Shown here one piece after another: positions 7,248-16,814 of a DNA stretch of 55,134 nt; position 1 is the stretch's first letter, and every line of letters starts with the position of its first letter. The notes under the pieces are model-generated. The model saw nothing but the letters and a program-made list of their open reading frames with translations, made no database searches and was not told the DNA's origin. Where the stretch lies: positions 1 to 55,134 of the forward strand of contig MNWW01000006.1 of NCBI GenBank assembly GCA_001871415.1, in the 5' to 3' direction. Made by a program: the position numbers and the translations under genes. This stretch comes from Candidatus Woesearchaeota archaeon CG1_02_57_44 (lineage in GTDB: Archaea > Nanobdellota > Nanobdellia > Woesearchaeales > CG1-02-57-44).

Positions 7248-7850
7248 CTACCCCACCCAACTCACCAGTTCCTCGAAGACCTCCAGTTTGAGGATGGAAT
7301 CAACATACAGCCCCGGCAGGTTGATAAGTTTTCTCTTTACTCGGTCATCATATAGCAGGATGAAACGCGCGCCATACCTGCGATGACAGCGCTTGAGCTG
7401 CCTCACAAACTGCTCAAGCTGCGAGCGGTCGTACTGCTGGACAGAAAAATCAATCAGCTGGGAAATCGAGTCCACGACAACGATGTGCGGCAACACTTCC
7501 TGCACCAATCCCGCCATCAATTCATACAGATGGTCGAAGTCCTGGGGCATCCTCGCATACCTACAATCCATCGGCGCCTGCTTGGCGAAGATGCTCGGTG
7601 AGACACAGTCGATGAACAATGGCTGCGCCTTGGATTTCTTCAACCCCGCCACCACGGACGCGGCGGTCTTGGTCATGGAGACATAGAGCATTCGCTTTGC
7701 CTCGATGAGATTCAGCACATCCAGCAAGTCCACAAATTCCGCGTTATTGATGAGCAACAATACCTCGCCCTGCGACAGCTCATGCTGCAGCGATGCCCTC
7801 ACTTCCTTCCACACATTCATCGATGTCACGGCGAAGTCCATGTTCATCAC
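7248..7850 (-). CDS. Inactive RecA/KaiC-like ATPase-fold protein
   Basis: LYVSMTK, FIDCVS and VVVDSISQL (Walker B-like), with no Walker A; resembles 36721-37584. Confidence 0.65.
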   Translation of the reverse strand: MMNMDFAVTSMNVWKEVRASLQHELSQGEVLLLINNAEFVDLLDVLNLIEAKRMLYVSMTKTAASVVAGLKKSKAQPLFIDCVSPSIFAKQAPMDCRYARMPQDFDHLYELMAGLVQEVLPHIVVVDSISQLIDFSVQQYDRSQLEQFVRQLKRCHRRYGARFILLYDDRVKRKLINLPGLYVDSILKLEVFEELVSWVG

Positions 7851-8209
7851 CGCGTGTGCTTCTTGACACTTGCCAGCAGGTCCTTGACCTGAAAGGGCTT
7901 CTTGATATAGTCCACGACACGATAGCGCTTGCGCAGCACCACTCCCTCGTCGGACGAGAAGCGCACCACCGTCACCAGGATAATTGCCGCGGACAGCTGC
8001 AATTGCAAAAACTGCTCGAGCAGATCCTTGAAGTCCATGCCCGGCATCATCACATCCATGACAATAAGGTCGGGATGAAACTTCTGCACCTTCACAAGAA
8101 AGTCTTTGCCCCCATAAGTCGCGGCAGTCGTGTGCCCTGCGTCACGCAGCAGGTCCTGCATGGTCTGCACAATGTCTTTATTGTCATCCACTATCATGAT
8201 ACGTGCCAC
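7847..8209 (-). CDS. Single-domain response regulator (CheY-like receiver)
   Basis: IVDD, phospho-Asp in MDVMMP, ILVT, YIKKPF. Confidence 0.93.
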   Translation of the reverse strand: MARIMIVDDNKDIVQTMQDLLRDAGHTTAATYGGKDFLVKVQKFHPDLIVMDVMMPGMDFKDLLEQFLQLQLSAAIILVTVVRFSSDEGVVLRKRYRVVDYIKKPFQVKDLLASVKKHTR

Positions 8210-9027
8210 TAGCCTCGCCTCCGTGTTGACTGCAAAGGAATCGTAAACAAAAAGGTGGTGCCGGTTGCCTGCAACGTCGAGGCGGCTGGAGCCATGTCGA
8301 CCGACGATATGATCCTCACGCCATTGTCCGCTGCGACAGGACCTGTAGACTCCACCCAGATCCTGCCACCATGGGCCTGCACAATGCCTTTGGCAATTGC
8401 CAGGCCAAGTCCCGAACCCTCATGCACCCTATGGGCACCAGCGTCAAGCTGTTTGAAAGGCTCGAAAATCAAGGCATGATGCTCTGGCGCAATCCCTATC
8501 CCTGTGTCGCTCACACGCACCAGGATGTCATCCCCCATACCAGGAATACTTTTTCCCTGCGGCACGTTGCTTGCTCGCTCCAGAGCGATCTCTATCCCAC
8601 CCCTGTCTGTATACTTGAGCGCGTTGCCCAGCAGGTTGAGAAAGACCTGATGCATGCGCTCATGGTCGAAGGCACATTCGGGCAGTGCGCCCGCGCGCAC
8701 CCGCAGATACAACCCTTTTTGCCTTGCCTGCGGTCGGAGCAACGAAGCGGCCTGCCTGGCGACCTTCGCGACATCCCCAGACACACAAGTATAGGACATA
8801 TTTCCCGCATCCATACGCGCAAGGTCAATGATCTCCTTAATCAGATGGTTCAGGCGTACGGTGTTGCGCAGTATCATGCGAAGGCTCCGTTTCTGCTTGG
8901 CATTCAGAGAACCATAGAAGCCACCCATCACCATCTCCAGCTGCGCCTGCATCGGCGTGAGAGGCGTGCGCAGCTCATGCGACATCAAGGTCACAAAATC
9001 CGCCTGCACCTTGGTGAGTTTTTTCAT
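8209..9027 (-). CDS. Histidine kinase (HisKA + HATPase_c) with no sensor domain
   Basis: SHELRTPL, NLLGNALKY, DTGIGI, FEPF, GSGLGLAI. ATG at 9027 forms an ATGA overlap with the vWA gene stop. Confidence 0.92.
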   Translation of the reverse strand: MKKLTKVQADFVTLMSHELRTPLTPMQAQLEMVMGGFYGSLNAKQKRSLRMILRNTVRLNHLIKEIIDLARMDAGNMSYTCVSGDVAKVARQAASLLRPQARQKGLYLRVRAGALPECAFDHERMHQVFLNLLGNALKYTDRGGIEIALERASNVPQGKSIPGMGDDILVRVSDTGIGIAPEHHALIFEPFKQLDAGAHRVHEGSGLGLAIAKGIVQAHGGRIWVESTGPVAADNGVRIISSVDMAPAASTLQATGTTFLFTIPLQSTRRRG

Positions 9028-9959
9028 GGGAATGCCCGATATCTCGTGTTGATAAGCCCCCATTCCACGAAGAGGAGCAGCAATCCTGCGATGAGCAAGT
9101 GCAATTGCAGCGGGGTCGCCACGACTTCGCGGCGCGCGCCAGCGAGACTCGCGTAGGCAATGCCCAGGTCAGTTTCGTTCTTAGCCATGATGAAGGTGCC
9201 GCCCGTCGCGTCAGCGATGCTGCGCAGCACGTCCTCGTCGATGCGCGAGACAACCTCGAGGTTCGCGTACTTGCCCCCTGTCTCGCTCGCCACGCCGATG
9301 GTATCCACGATGACGCCATTGCGAACCGCGTGCGCGACGCCATCCTGCACTGGTGTACCCACGGTGCTGCGGCCATCGGTCAAGAGTATAATACGCTTGC
9401 TACGCGGATCGCTGATGAGAAGGTTGACGCTGGTGATGAGCGCTTCTCCAAGGTCGGTTCCACCCGCGGTCATGACCCGCAGATTCTCAATCACCGAATG
9501 GGCTATGGTGTCGTCTTGTGTCGGCTGCACCAGCACTTCTGCAGTCCCGGAAAAGCTGACCACACCGACGCGCGAGCCAGGACTCGCGTTCTGCAGGAAC
9601 ATCAATGCCGCCTGCTTTGCTGCTTCCAGACGATTCGGGCTGAAGTCATCGGCCAGCATGGATGCGCTCGCGTCGATCGCAAGCACTGTTGTCGTAGATT
9701 CTGTCACGCCATAGCGCCACAGCACGGGGCCTGCTGCGCTAAGGATAAGCATACAGAACACCACACTGCGCACGACCAGCACCCCGGTATTGCGCGAGAC
9801 CACGCGCTTTCCGGTCACGCGCTCTATGGCCTCGAAGTTCGCGAAGGCCAACGCCTTCTTGCGCACGATACGCAGCGCGATGATATGCGAGAGCACCAGC
9901 AGCGGAATGCTCAGGAGCAGCCAGAGGAACCGCGGATTCTGCAGGGTCATCCAGGCCAT
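9024..9959 (-). CDS. BatA-like von Willebrand factor A domain membrane protein
   Basis: N-terminal BatA-like TM pair, MIDAS DASASM, PNRLEAAK, GGTDLG, LLTDG, C-terminal TM. Confidence 0.92.
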   Translation of the reverse strand: MAWMTLQNPRFLWLLLSIPLLVLSHIIALRIVRKKALAFANFEAIERVTGKRVVSRNTGVLVVRSVVFCMLILSAAGPVLWRYGVTESTTTVLAIDASASMLADDFSPNRLEAAKQAALMFLQNASPGSRVGVVSFSGTAEVLVQPTQDDTIAHSVIENLRVMTAGGTDLGEALITSVNLLISDPRSKRIILLTDGRSTVGTPVQDGVAHAVRNGVIVDTIGVASETGGKYANLEVVSRIDEDVLRSIADATGGTFIMAKNETDLGIAYASLAGARREVVATPLQLHLLIAGLLLLFVEWGLINTRYRAFP

Positions 9960-10843
9960 CAGTGCGACCTCCCCAAGAAGAACTTTCTCATCGGACGCTC
10001 AAAGGGCTTGTCCGTGGTCAGGCGCAGCACATCAATACCCTTGCGCTTGAGACGCTCAGCAGTGTGATCGATAATAGCCCCTGCCTCCTGGCTGTACTGC
10101 TGCCTGATAGCCGCTGTGTCCACGAGCAGCTGCTCGCCCGATACCGGATGACTGAGCACTACTTGCATGGCCTCCTGCGGCAATGCCAAATCCCTCGGGT
10201 CCAACACCATGACAGCGGCGACATCATACTTTTGCGCCAACACGCTGAGCGGCCGGTCCCAGTTGTCAGGCATGCCCAGAAAATCGGAGATCAGAATCAC
10301 CGTCGCACGTGGCGGCAGGAAGGACTGCAGCAGGTTCGCGGCGTTGCCCAGGTTGAAAACGCCACCATAGTTGTCAGGATTCAGTATTGCTTTAGCGAAG
10401 ACATACATCTGCGTCGGCCCCTTGCCAAGACGCTGCGTGAAGACGGGACCATTGGCGAACAGACCAAAGCCCATGGTATCATCAGACTCCAGAATCGCAT
10501 AGGCGAGCGCGCCTGCGAGCTCAGCAGCGTATTCGCACTTGAGCTGCTCAGTACTGCCAAAGACCATGCTCTGGCTCACATCCACCAGGACGTAGGAGAT
10601 GACATTGCGTTCCTCCACATACTGCTTGACCAACGTCTCCTGCGTCCTCACCGACGCCTTCCAGTCAATCAAATTCGCGTCATCATCAGAATTGTACGTC
10701 CTGTAGCCATCAAACTCCATACCCTTGCCCTTAAAGAGACTACGATATATGCCCGCCTGCCAGGAGCGCTTTGGCTTGTGCGCTGCGGCGTATTCAAGCT
10801 TGCTGAGCAACGGCAGAATTCTTGCGTTGAGCTTTCGTGTCAT
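9959..10843 (-). CDS. DUF58 domain protein
   Basis: GKGMEFDGYRTY, IDWKAS, VKQYVEER, DVSQSM, ISDF. Confidence 0.93.
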   Translation of the reverse strand: MTRKLNARILPLLSKLEYAAAHKPKRSWQAGIYRSLFKGKGMEFDGYRTYNSDDDANLIDWKASVRTQETLVKQYVEERNVISYVLVDVSQSMVFGSTEQLKCEYAAELAGALAYAILESDDTMGFGLFANGPVFTQRLGKGPTQMYVFAKAILNPDNYGGVFNLGNAANLLQSFLPPRATVILISDFLGMPDNWDRPLSVLAQKYDVAAVMVLDPRDLALPQEAMQVVLSHPVSGEQLLVDTAAIRQQYSQEAGAIIDHTAERLKRKGIDVLRLTTDKPFERPMRKFFLGRSH

Positions 10844-11901
10844 GGCACCCTGACCCGCTTGAGAATCTCAGCCACCACATCGTCGGTGCTGATGCGGTCG
10901 GACTGACCCTCATAGTTGAGCAGGATGCGATGGCGAAGCACGCTGGGCGCCACTTCCTTGACCTCATGCGGCGTCACATACGAGCGCCCACGCATCAACG
11001 CCATGGCCTTCGCCGCGATATAGAGACCGATGCTGCCGCGTGGCGACGCGCCCCATTGCACATATCGCGCGAGGCCGACCTTATAGTCGCGTGGATTGCG
11101 GGTAGCGTCGATGATGGAGACCAGATAGCGCTCTATCTTGGGGTCGACGTAGATGGCCAGAGCCTCTCGCTGCCAGCGCAGGATATCTGTCGGCTTGACC
11201 ACAGGCCTGATGCCATAGGCGGAGAAGTCACGGATAGTCATGTTGCGGTTGAGGATTATCTGCTCCTCGTCTCTTGATGGATACGTGACAGACAGCTTGA
11301 GCAGGAAGCGGTCAACCTGGGCTTCTGGCAATGGATAGGTTCCCAGGTTCTCTATAGGATTCTGCGTCGCTAGCACGAAGAACGGCGTCGGCAAGGGAAA
11401 CGTCTGCTTGCCGATGGTGGCCTGACGCTCCTGCATGGACTCGAGGAGCGCGGACTGCGTCTTGGGCGGCGCGCGGTTTATCTCATCAGCCAGCAGGAAA
11501 TTGGCGAAGACAGGTCCCTTCAGGACATAGAAGCCCTTCTGCTTGTCGTACGCGGTGATGCCCACGATATCGGCCGGGAGCATGTCAGCAGTGAACTGGA
11601 TGCGTGAGAACGTGCAGTTGGTCGCGCCGGCGAGCGCGCGCACCATGAGGGTCTTTGCGATGCCCGGCACGCCTTCGAGCAGCACATTGCCGCTGCCTAC
11701 CAGCGCCAGTATGAGATGGTCAAGGACCTTCTCCTGACCCACCACGATCTTCGCCAGCTCCTTGCGGATGGCCTCAAATGATTTCGGGCTCGCGGTGCGC
11801 ATGCCTGCTGAGCGCCCAGCTGTGGAAGTCGCAGCCTTGCCGGCAGATGCCCTTGAAGTCTTGCCAGTGGCGCTAGCACCCCTTTTTTTGGCCATAGGCA
11901 T
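10840..11901 (-). CDS. MoxR family AAA+ ATPase
   Basis: EGVPGIAKT, RIQFTADMLPADI, ADEINRAPPKTQSALLE, ATQNPIE, GASPR. Start at ATG 11901 or 11895. Confidence 0.95.
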   Translation of the reverse strand: MPMAKKRGASATGKTSRASAGKAATSTAGRSAGMRTASPKSFEAIRKELAKIVVGQEKVLDHLILALVGSGNVLLEGVPGIAKTLMVRALAGATNCTFSRIQFTADMLPADIVGITAYDKQKGFYVLKGPVFANFLLADEINRAPPKTQSALLESMQERQATIGKQTFPLPTPFFVLATQNPIENLGTYPLPEAQVDRFLLKLSVTYPSRDEEQIILNRNMTIRDFSAYGIRPVVKPTDILRWQREALAIYVDPKIERYLVSIIDATRNPRDYKVGLARYVQWGASPRGSIGLYIAAKAMALMRGRSYVTPHEVKEVAPSVLRHRILLNYEGQSDRISTDDVVAEILKRVRVP

Positions 11902-12029
11902 GATTCTGGCAGGGGGCGTTATTAAATGTTGCGATAGACCGACAGGCGAGGCAACAGGCAAATTGAGCAGACGCCCTATTGCCAGAGAATGGGCAAGATA
12001 TTAATATCAGTCCAGCCGCAGCAGACCAT

Positions 12030-12401
12030 ATGGCGACCCCACTGGAACGCTTCACTCCCCGCTACCGTGCCTTATTGCAGGAGCGCTACCATATCCCGCC
12101 ATCCTTGGATCTGCAGGAAGCTGAAGCGAGGTTGCAGAAGCGACGCATGCCCTCAGAAGAGAAGGAGCTCATCTTGAGCATCATGCAGGAGCTCCGCGCC
12201 TGCGTATATGATCCAGAAAAAAAGAGCTGCTCTACCTCAGGCCTGGAACGCAAATTCAAGCAGCTTGCCGCGATGAAGGATACGACAGGCAAGAAGCGAG
12301 CAGCCAGCAAATCGGGCGGCAAGAAAAACTCGGCAAAGCCTGCCAAGAGCGCAGCAAAGAAGAGAGGCCCGCTATCGTTTCTTTCGCTTCGCATGCGCTG
12401 A
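12030..12401 (+). CDS. Hypothetical protein with basic Lys/Ala-rich tail
   Basis: Protein-like ORF filling the gap, divergent from moxR; TATTAATA TATA-like site ~30 nt upstream. Confidence 0.6.
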   Translation: MATPLERFTPRYRALLQERYHIPPSLDLQEAEARLQKRRMPSEEKELILSIMQELRACVYDPEKKSCSTSGLERKFKQLAAMKDTTGKKRAASKSGGKKNSAKPAKSAAKKRGPLSFLSLRMR

Positions 12402-15400
12402 TCGCTTTCTGACCGTCGCTGATGAAGTCTTACGTCTCGTCTTGTCAATTCTTTTGGCTGCTGATGAACGCGCATCTTCGCTGGATCGCGGAGGATGATG
12501 CCTCGCGTGGCGGTGGCGCAGCAGCCAGACCAGCAACGCGATGACGGCCACAGGCACGAGCAGTAGCCACCATGGCACCCTGCGTGGCTCCTGCGGACTA
12601 GCGCTCGCCTGCTCCTTCCTCGGCTGCGCCAGATTCTCTTTCACCGCATCGCTGAGGAAATTGCAGGCACTGATGGATGCCTCGATGAGCGCGTTCGCCT
12701 TGTCTATCTCCCCCGCCGCGATCGCCTTCTGCGCGTCCTGCAGCGACTCAGTCAATTCGAGGCACTCTGACTTGGATGCCAGCAGGTCGCGAGCGAACGC
12801 GATCCTCGTGTTCACTTGGCTGCCGTTATGCTCGCCCATGTGATAGGTGTTCAGGAACATCTTGCTGCTCGCCTGGTATGGGGGATTGGAGACATTGGCA
12901 GTCAGTACAATCTCGTAGGATCCCTGTGCCTTGAACGAGGTCACGATAAGTGTCGACATTACGGCACTGTATGGTTCCATCTCATCCAGCGCATCATAGG
13001 CCCAGTCGAGGGCCACTCCAGACTTTTCGGTCGACGCGCGCAACGTCACGTTCTGCAAGGTCATATTGACCGTATTGACAATACGAACAGGAACAATAAT
13101 GGTGTCGTTGTCATAGACCGTCATTTCCTCCGGGACGATCATGTCCAGATACACCGGAGTCGACACATTCCGCTTGACCTCCTTGGGGAACGGCACCATC
13201 ATGCTGCCGCCGCCACCGCCACCGCCCGATGAGACCACCGTCACCTCGCTCGTCCCTCCAGAGCCCTGGCTATCAGTCACTTCAACAAGGACATAGTTAC
13301 TGTACACTTCATTCCCTGAGTCATTTGCCACAAAGCGGATACGCTCAGCGCCCGACCAGCCGCTCGCTGGGATGAATGTCACCTTGTGTGTGGTATTGCT
13401 TATCAGCACCTGCAATTGCGTTGTGTTGACCGCACTGAAGACCACCTGAGCATCCGCATCCTCGTCTATGAAGAAATCGTCCAGGTCAATCCAGTTGACC
13501 GTCACCGTATCCTTGCCGATGCTCGCGTTCGCGATGTGATAATTATACGTAACCCCTGTGACACGAGGTGTGCTATTGTCAGCAGTCGTGTTGATTTGCA
13601 CCGCCAGCTGCAGATAACGCTGGTGCGAGATATTTATCCTGCCCGACGCGACAGGACTCCAACCGTCCCAAGTGATATTGTTGTCTGAGACGCGCACCTT
13701 TGGCGCGATGGTATGCCTGGAGTCATTGCCCTGCACCTGCACATCGAGCGCGCCATACGTCACATAGGTATCTTCATGGAAATCAATGACCGTCGCTGTC
13801 GCGTTTCCCTGCAGAACATACGCCGAGTCATTGACACGCAGCTCAAGCCCCCTACCGGTCGCGTTCAGATTGTTGACTTCCCATCCTAATAGGGCAGCGG
13901 TATTCTGCGACTTCACGCCGAACACCGGCAACCGGTCCACATTATCCACGGTGATGCTCCAATTGCGATAAATAGTCGTAGACTGATCGCTCACATTGAG
14001 CTCCACCAGGTGCGAGCCGTTGGACAGCCAGTCAGCCCAGTACGCATAGGATATATTCATCACATACCCCCGGGTCACGTTGGACACATTGACGACCTGC
14101 ACCTCATGGTCGAGCAGCCACTGGAAGGTGAGCGCATCATCAGCAACAGTCAGGTCAAGATCCTCCACGCTAGCATTGAAGGTGACGGTATGATTCTCCT
14201 GTATGCTGACGCTGCCATTCGGCTGCAGCAAGGTCAGGTTGGGCGCGTTGTTCACATTGCCGATAGTCAGATTCACTATTTCCCAATCGTGTTGGCTGGG
14301 GATGCTCACCTGATGAATGGATACGTTCATGGCAAAAACACCGACGTCCAACGGACCTGGTGTGAAATTGATGAGCGCGTCACTGATGGCAAAGAAGGGA
14401 GGCGAGCTGTTCAGGAACGTGACATTGTAGGCCAGCGCGTCACCTTCCTCGTCTGTGGCGTTGATGAGATACTCGAGCAGCGTTCCTTCTGTGCCATTGA
14501 CAGAGCCGATAAGCGTGAGCACCGGCGCGTTGTCAATGCCCGCCACACCAAAGAAGACACTGATGGTGGTCGCTATCAACGCGTCAGATACGGTCAGATT
14601 CACGGTGTGATTATTCACATCCTGCTTTTGTGGCGTGAAGGAGAGCAGCCCTGTCGACGAGACGCTGAAGTTCGGGAAGCTGGTGTTACTGACCACCTGC
14701 CCGCTCACGTTGAAGGAATCTCCGTCAGTATCCGTAATGGAGAGCTGCAATGAATAGGAAATCTTTTCCGTAAGATTCTGTGGACCAGGGTCACCGATGA
14801 CAGGAGCATGATTGTCAGTGAAGTTGACCAGGACCAGTTCACTGTCGCTATTACCATGAGCGTCGGTAGCGGACACATTGATGAAATAGACCGCCCCCTC
14901 TGCGGACGAGCGGTTGATGCGAGCGCCCAGATCCCCGCTTTGTGATAATGTAAAACTGGAGTCATTGACCTCGAAGGTCAGATTGTCCCCTGGCACTGGC
15001 AGGTCCGGATCTGTCGCGTTCACCGTGAAGGTCAACATCCTGCCCACCCTCGTCTGCTGAGAGCCAATGGACGCAAGCACCGGCGCCTCCCAGACATTGC
15101 GCAACTCAAGATGGAAGCTCGTGCGGTTCACGGCACCATAGATATCCGTCGCGCTCAGATTGATACTGTAATTTCCGATGTCCGCTTTGCCGCAGTCACC
15201 CCCCACAAAACCGGTCGCGTTGACACTCACACAGGAAGGCTCACCAGTCAATGTGAAGTTGATAGCATCCGCGTCAGGGTCGGTCACATTCACCTGGATG
15301 CTCACATTCTCATAGATGGTGAGGGATGTGTTGAGCGGACGATCGGTGAAGTAGGGCGCCCTGTTTGTCTTCACCCAGATGCCAAGGGTCCCTGCCACCC

Positions 15401-16814
15401 TCAGGCCAAAGCTGTCCGACACATTGAGCAGCACATCATAGTGACCCAGATCCGCCAGCACCGGACTCGCGCTTAAGGTGAAATGCGTGCTGTTAAGACT
15501 GCTGATAGTTATATTGGTCACGTTCAGTCTGCTGCTGTTGAGGCTGAGATTGAGAACATCTCCAAAACCGATGTCATTGTCCGTCACCCCGACCGTATAT
15601 GACCAGTCTGTGAATGCCGAGACATTCTGCGGCACCAGCACCGGCAGGAACGGCGCATCGCCTGTGCACGTGACCACTAGAGAGGTGTTGGCGCTGCTGG
15701 CCGCGGAACTGTCATTCATGGAGAATCGCACGAGCTGGCTGCCGCACCAATTGGAGGCCAGCGTGACATTGACCGTCGCGCCATCAAGACTCACATTCAC
15801 GTCTGATGCCGAACCGTTGAGCATGGTCACGCTGTAGGTCACACTGTTGTTGCACTCCCGCGCGTCCAGGTCATAGAAATAGTCCGTGAGATTGAGTATG
15901 GCTGTCACATTGATATCCTCGGTCAGATTCAGGACCGGTAGGGTCGTGTTCTGCTGAGGCAGACGGTTGGTGTTCGTGACGGTCAGCGCCCAGGACGTAT
16001 TCTTCTGCGTCCCCGCAGAATCATTCACCCGGAAAAGCACGGCATAGCTACCAGCATCGCAGAAGCCCGGAGCGTAGGTCCAGGTCTGCGTCGTGTAGGT
16101 CTGTCCATTCTCCGACGCCGCCTGCTGCGCGATATTGCTTGACTGCACACTTCCATTGAGACGCCAGACCAATGTCAGGTTATCGCCGTACACCTGGTCA
16201 AAATCATGCACCGTCACGTTGAACAGCCGGGAAGCGTTCTCAGCCACCGTGGTGGGGCTTGCCGGCGCTGCCCGCGTGATATTAGGAACGTCATTCTCAT
16301 TGAGGACCGATACATTAACGTTGTTGAAACAAAGCGTCTCACCCGCGGTATTGACGACCAATAGTGTGATGACCGTACTGTCAGCCTCATGGATCTCCGT
16401 TATCGCGGGAGTAAAATTGGCGAGGCCGACCGTGTCATTGATACGCGTCATGCTGATGCTGGAAAACTTTCCCTGGCTGCTCACATCTATGCTGAAATTG
16501 ACCGTCCTGTTATCGGAGTTGTTCAATATCAGGTATATTTCAGTCACATTGCCCTGCGCGGTCACTACCTGGCCTGTTGGCGCAGGTAGAAAGGAGAGTC
16601 CTGTTCCCGCTGTGCAACTGTAGGACTGCCCCGGATTAGTGTAGGCAACCAGACCTGTCAGTTCCGGCTTCACCAGCAGGACCAATAGTAAGGTCGCCAT
16701 CCCCATAAGCAGGAATGCCTGCACGCGACTCATCCTTGCTCTCGCCATCCCCTCCGGCAGATTACGATACGCGCCCCTTCCTCCAACGGCCCCACGGCGC
16801 TCCTTGGCGCTCAT
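12372..16814 (-). CDS. Giant cell-surface glycoprotein with tandem Ig/cadherin-like repeats
   Basis: N-terminal TM followed by TGLV; repeated NxAP...ATDxDGD-type units; abundant N-x-S/T sequons; Gly-rich linker; C-terminal TM with basic tail. ATG 16814 overlaps the upstream stop (ATGA). Confidence 0.85.
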   Translation of the reverse strand: MSAKERRGAVGGRGAYRNLPEGMARARMSRVQAFLLMGMATLLLVLLVKPELTGLVAYTNPGQSYSCTAGTGLSFLPAPTGQVVTAQGNVTEIYLILNNSDNRTVNFSIDVSSQGKFSSISMTRINDTVGLANFTPAITEIHEADSTVITLLVVNTAGETLCFNNVNVSVLNENDVPNITRAAPASPTTVAENASRLFNVTVHDFDQVYGDNLTLVWRLNGSVQSSNIAQQAASENGQTYTTQTWTYAPGFCDAGSYAVLFRVNDSAGTQKNTSWALTVTNTNRLPQQNTTLPVLNLTEDINVTAILNLTDYFYDLDARECNNSVTYSVTMLNGSASDVNVSLDGATVNVTLASNWCGSQLVRFSMNDSSAASSANTSLVVTCTGDAPFLPVLVPQNVSAFTDWSYTVGVTDNDIGFGDVLNLSLNSSRLNVTNITISSLNSTHFTLSASPVLADLGHYDVLLNVSDSFGLRVAGTLGIWVKTNRAPYFTDRPLNTSLTIYENVSIQVNVTDPDADAINFTLTGEPSCVSVNATGFVGGDCGKADIGNYSINLSATDIYGAVNRTSFHLELRNVWEAPVLASIGSQQTRVGRMLTFTVNATDPDLPVPGDNLTFEVNDSSFTLSQSGDLGARINRSSAEGAVYFINVSATDAHGNSDSELVLVNFTDNHAPVIGDPGPQNLTEKISYSLQLSITDTDGDSFNVSGQVVSNTSFPNFSVSSTGLLSFTPQKQDVNNHTVNLTVSDALIATTISVFFGVAGIDNAPVLTLIGSVNGTEGTLLEYLINATDEEGDALAYNVTFLNSSPPFFAISDALINFTPGPLDVGVFAMNVSIHQVSIPSQHDWEIVNLTIGNVNNAPNLTLLQPNGSVSIQENHTVTFNASVEDLDLTVADDALTFQWLLDHEVQVVNVSNVTRGYVMNISYAYWADWLSNGSHLVELNVSDQSTTIYRNWSITVDNVDRLPVFGVKSQNTAALLGWEVNNLNATGRGLELRVNDSAYVLQGNATATVIDFHEDTYVTYGALDVQVQGNDSRHTIAPKVRVSDNNITWDGWSPVASGRINISHQRYLQLAVQINTTADNSTPRVTGVTYNYHIANASIGKDTVTVNWIDLDDFFIDEDADAQVVFSAVNTTQLQVLISNTTHKVTFIPASGWSGAERIRFVANDSGNEVYSNYVLVEVTDSQGSGGTSEVTVVSSGGGGGGGSMMVPFPKEVKRNVSTPVYLDMIVPEEMTVYDNDTIIVPVRIVNTVNMTLQNVTLRASTEKSGVALDWAYDALDEMEPYSAVMSTLIVTSFKAQGSYEIVLTANVSNPPYQASSKMFLNTYHMGEHNGSQVNTRIAFARDLLASKSECLELTESLQDAQKAIAAGEIDKANALIEASISACNFLSDAVKENLAQPRKEQASASPQEPRRVPWWLLLVPVAVIALLVWLLRHRHARHHPPRSSEDARSSAAKRIDKTRRKTSSATVRKRSAHAKRKKR

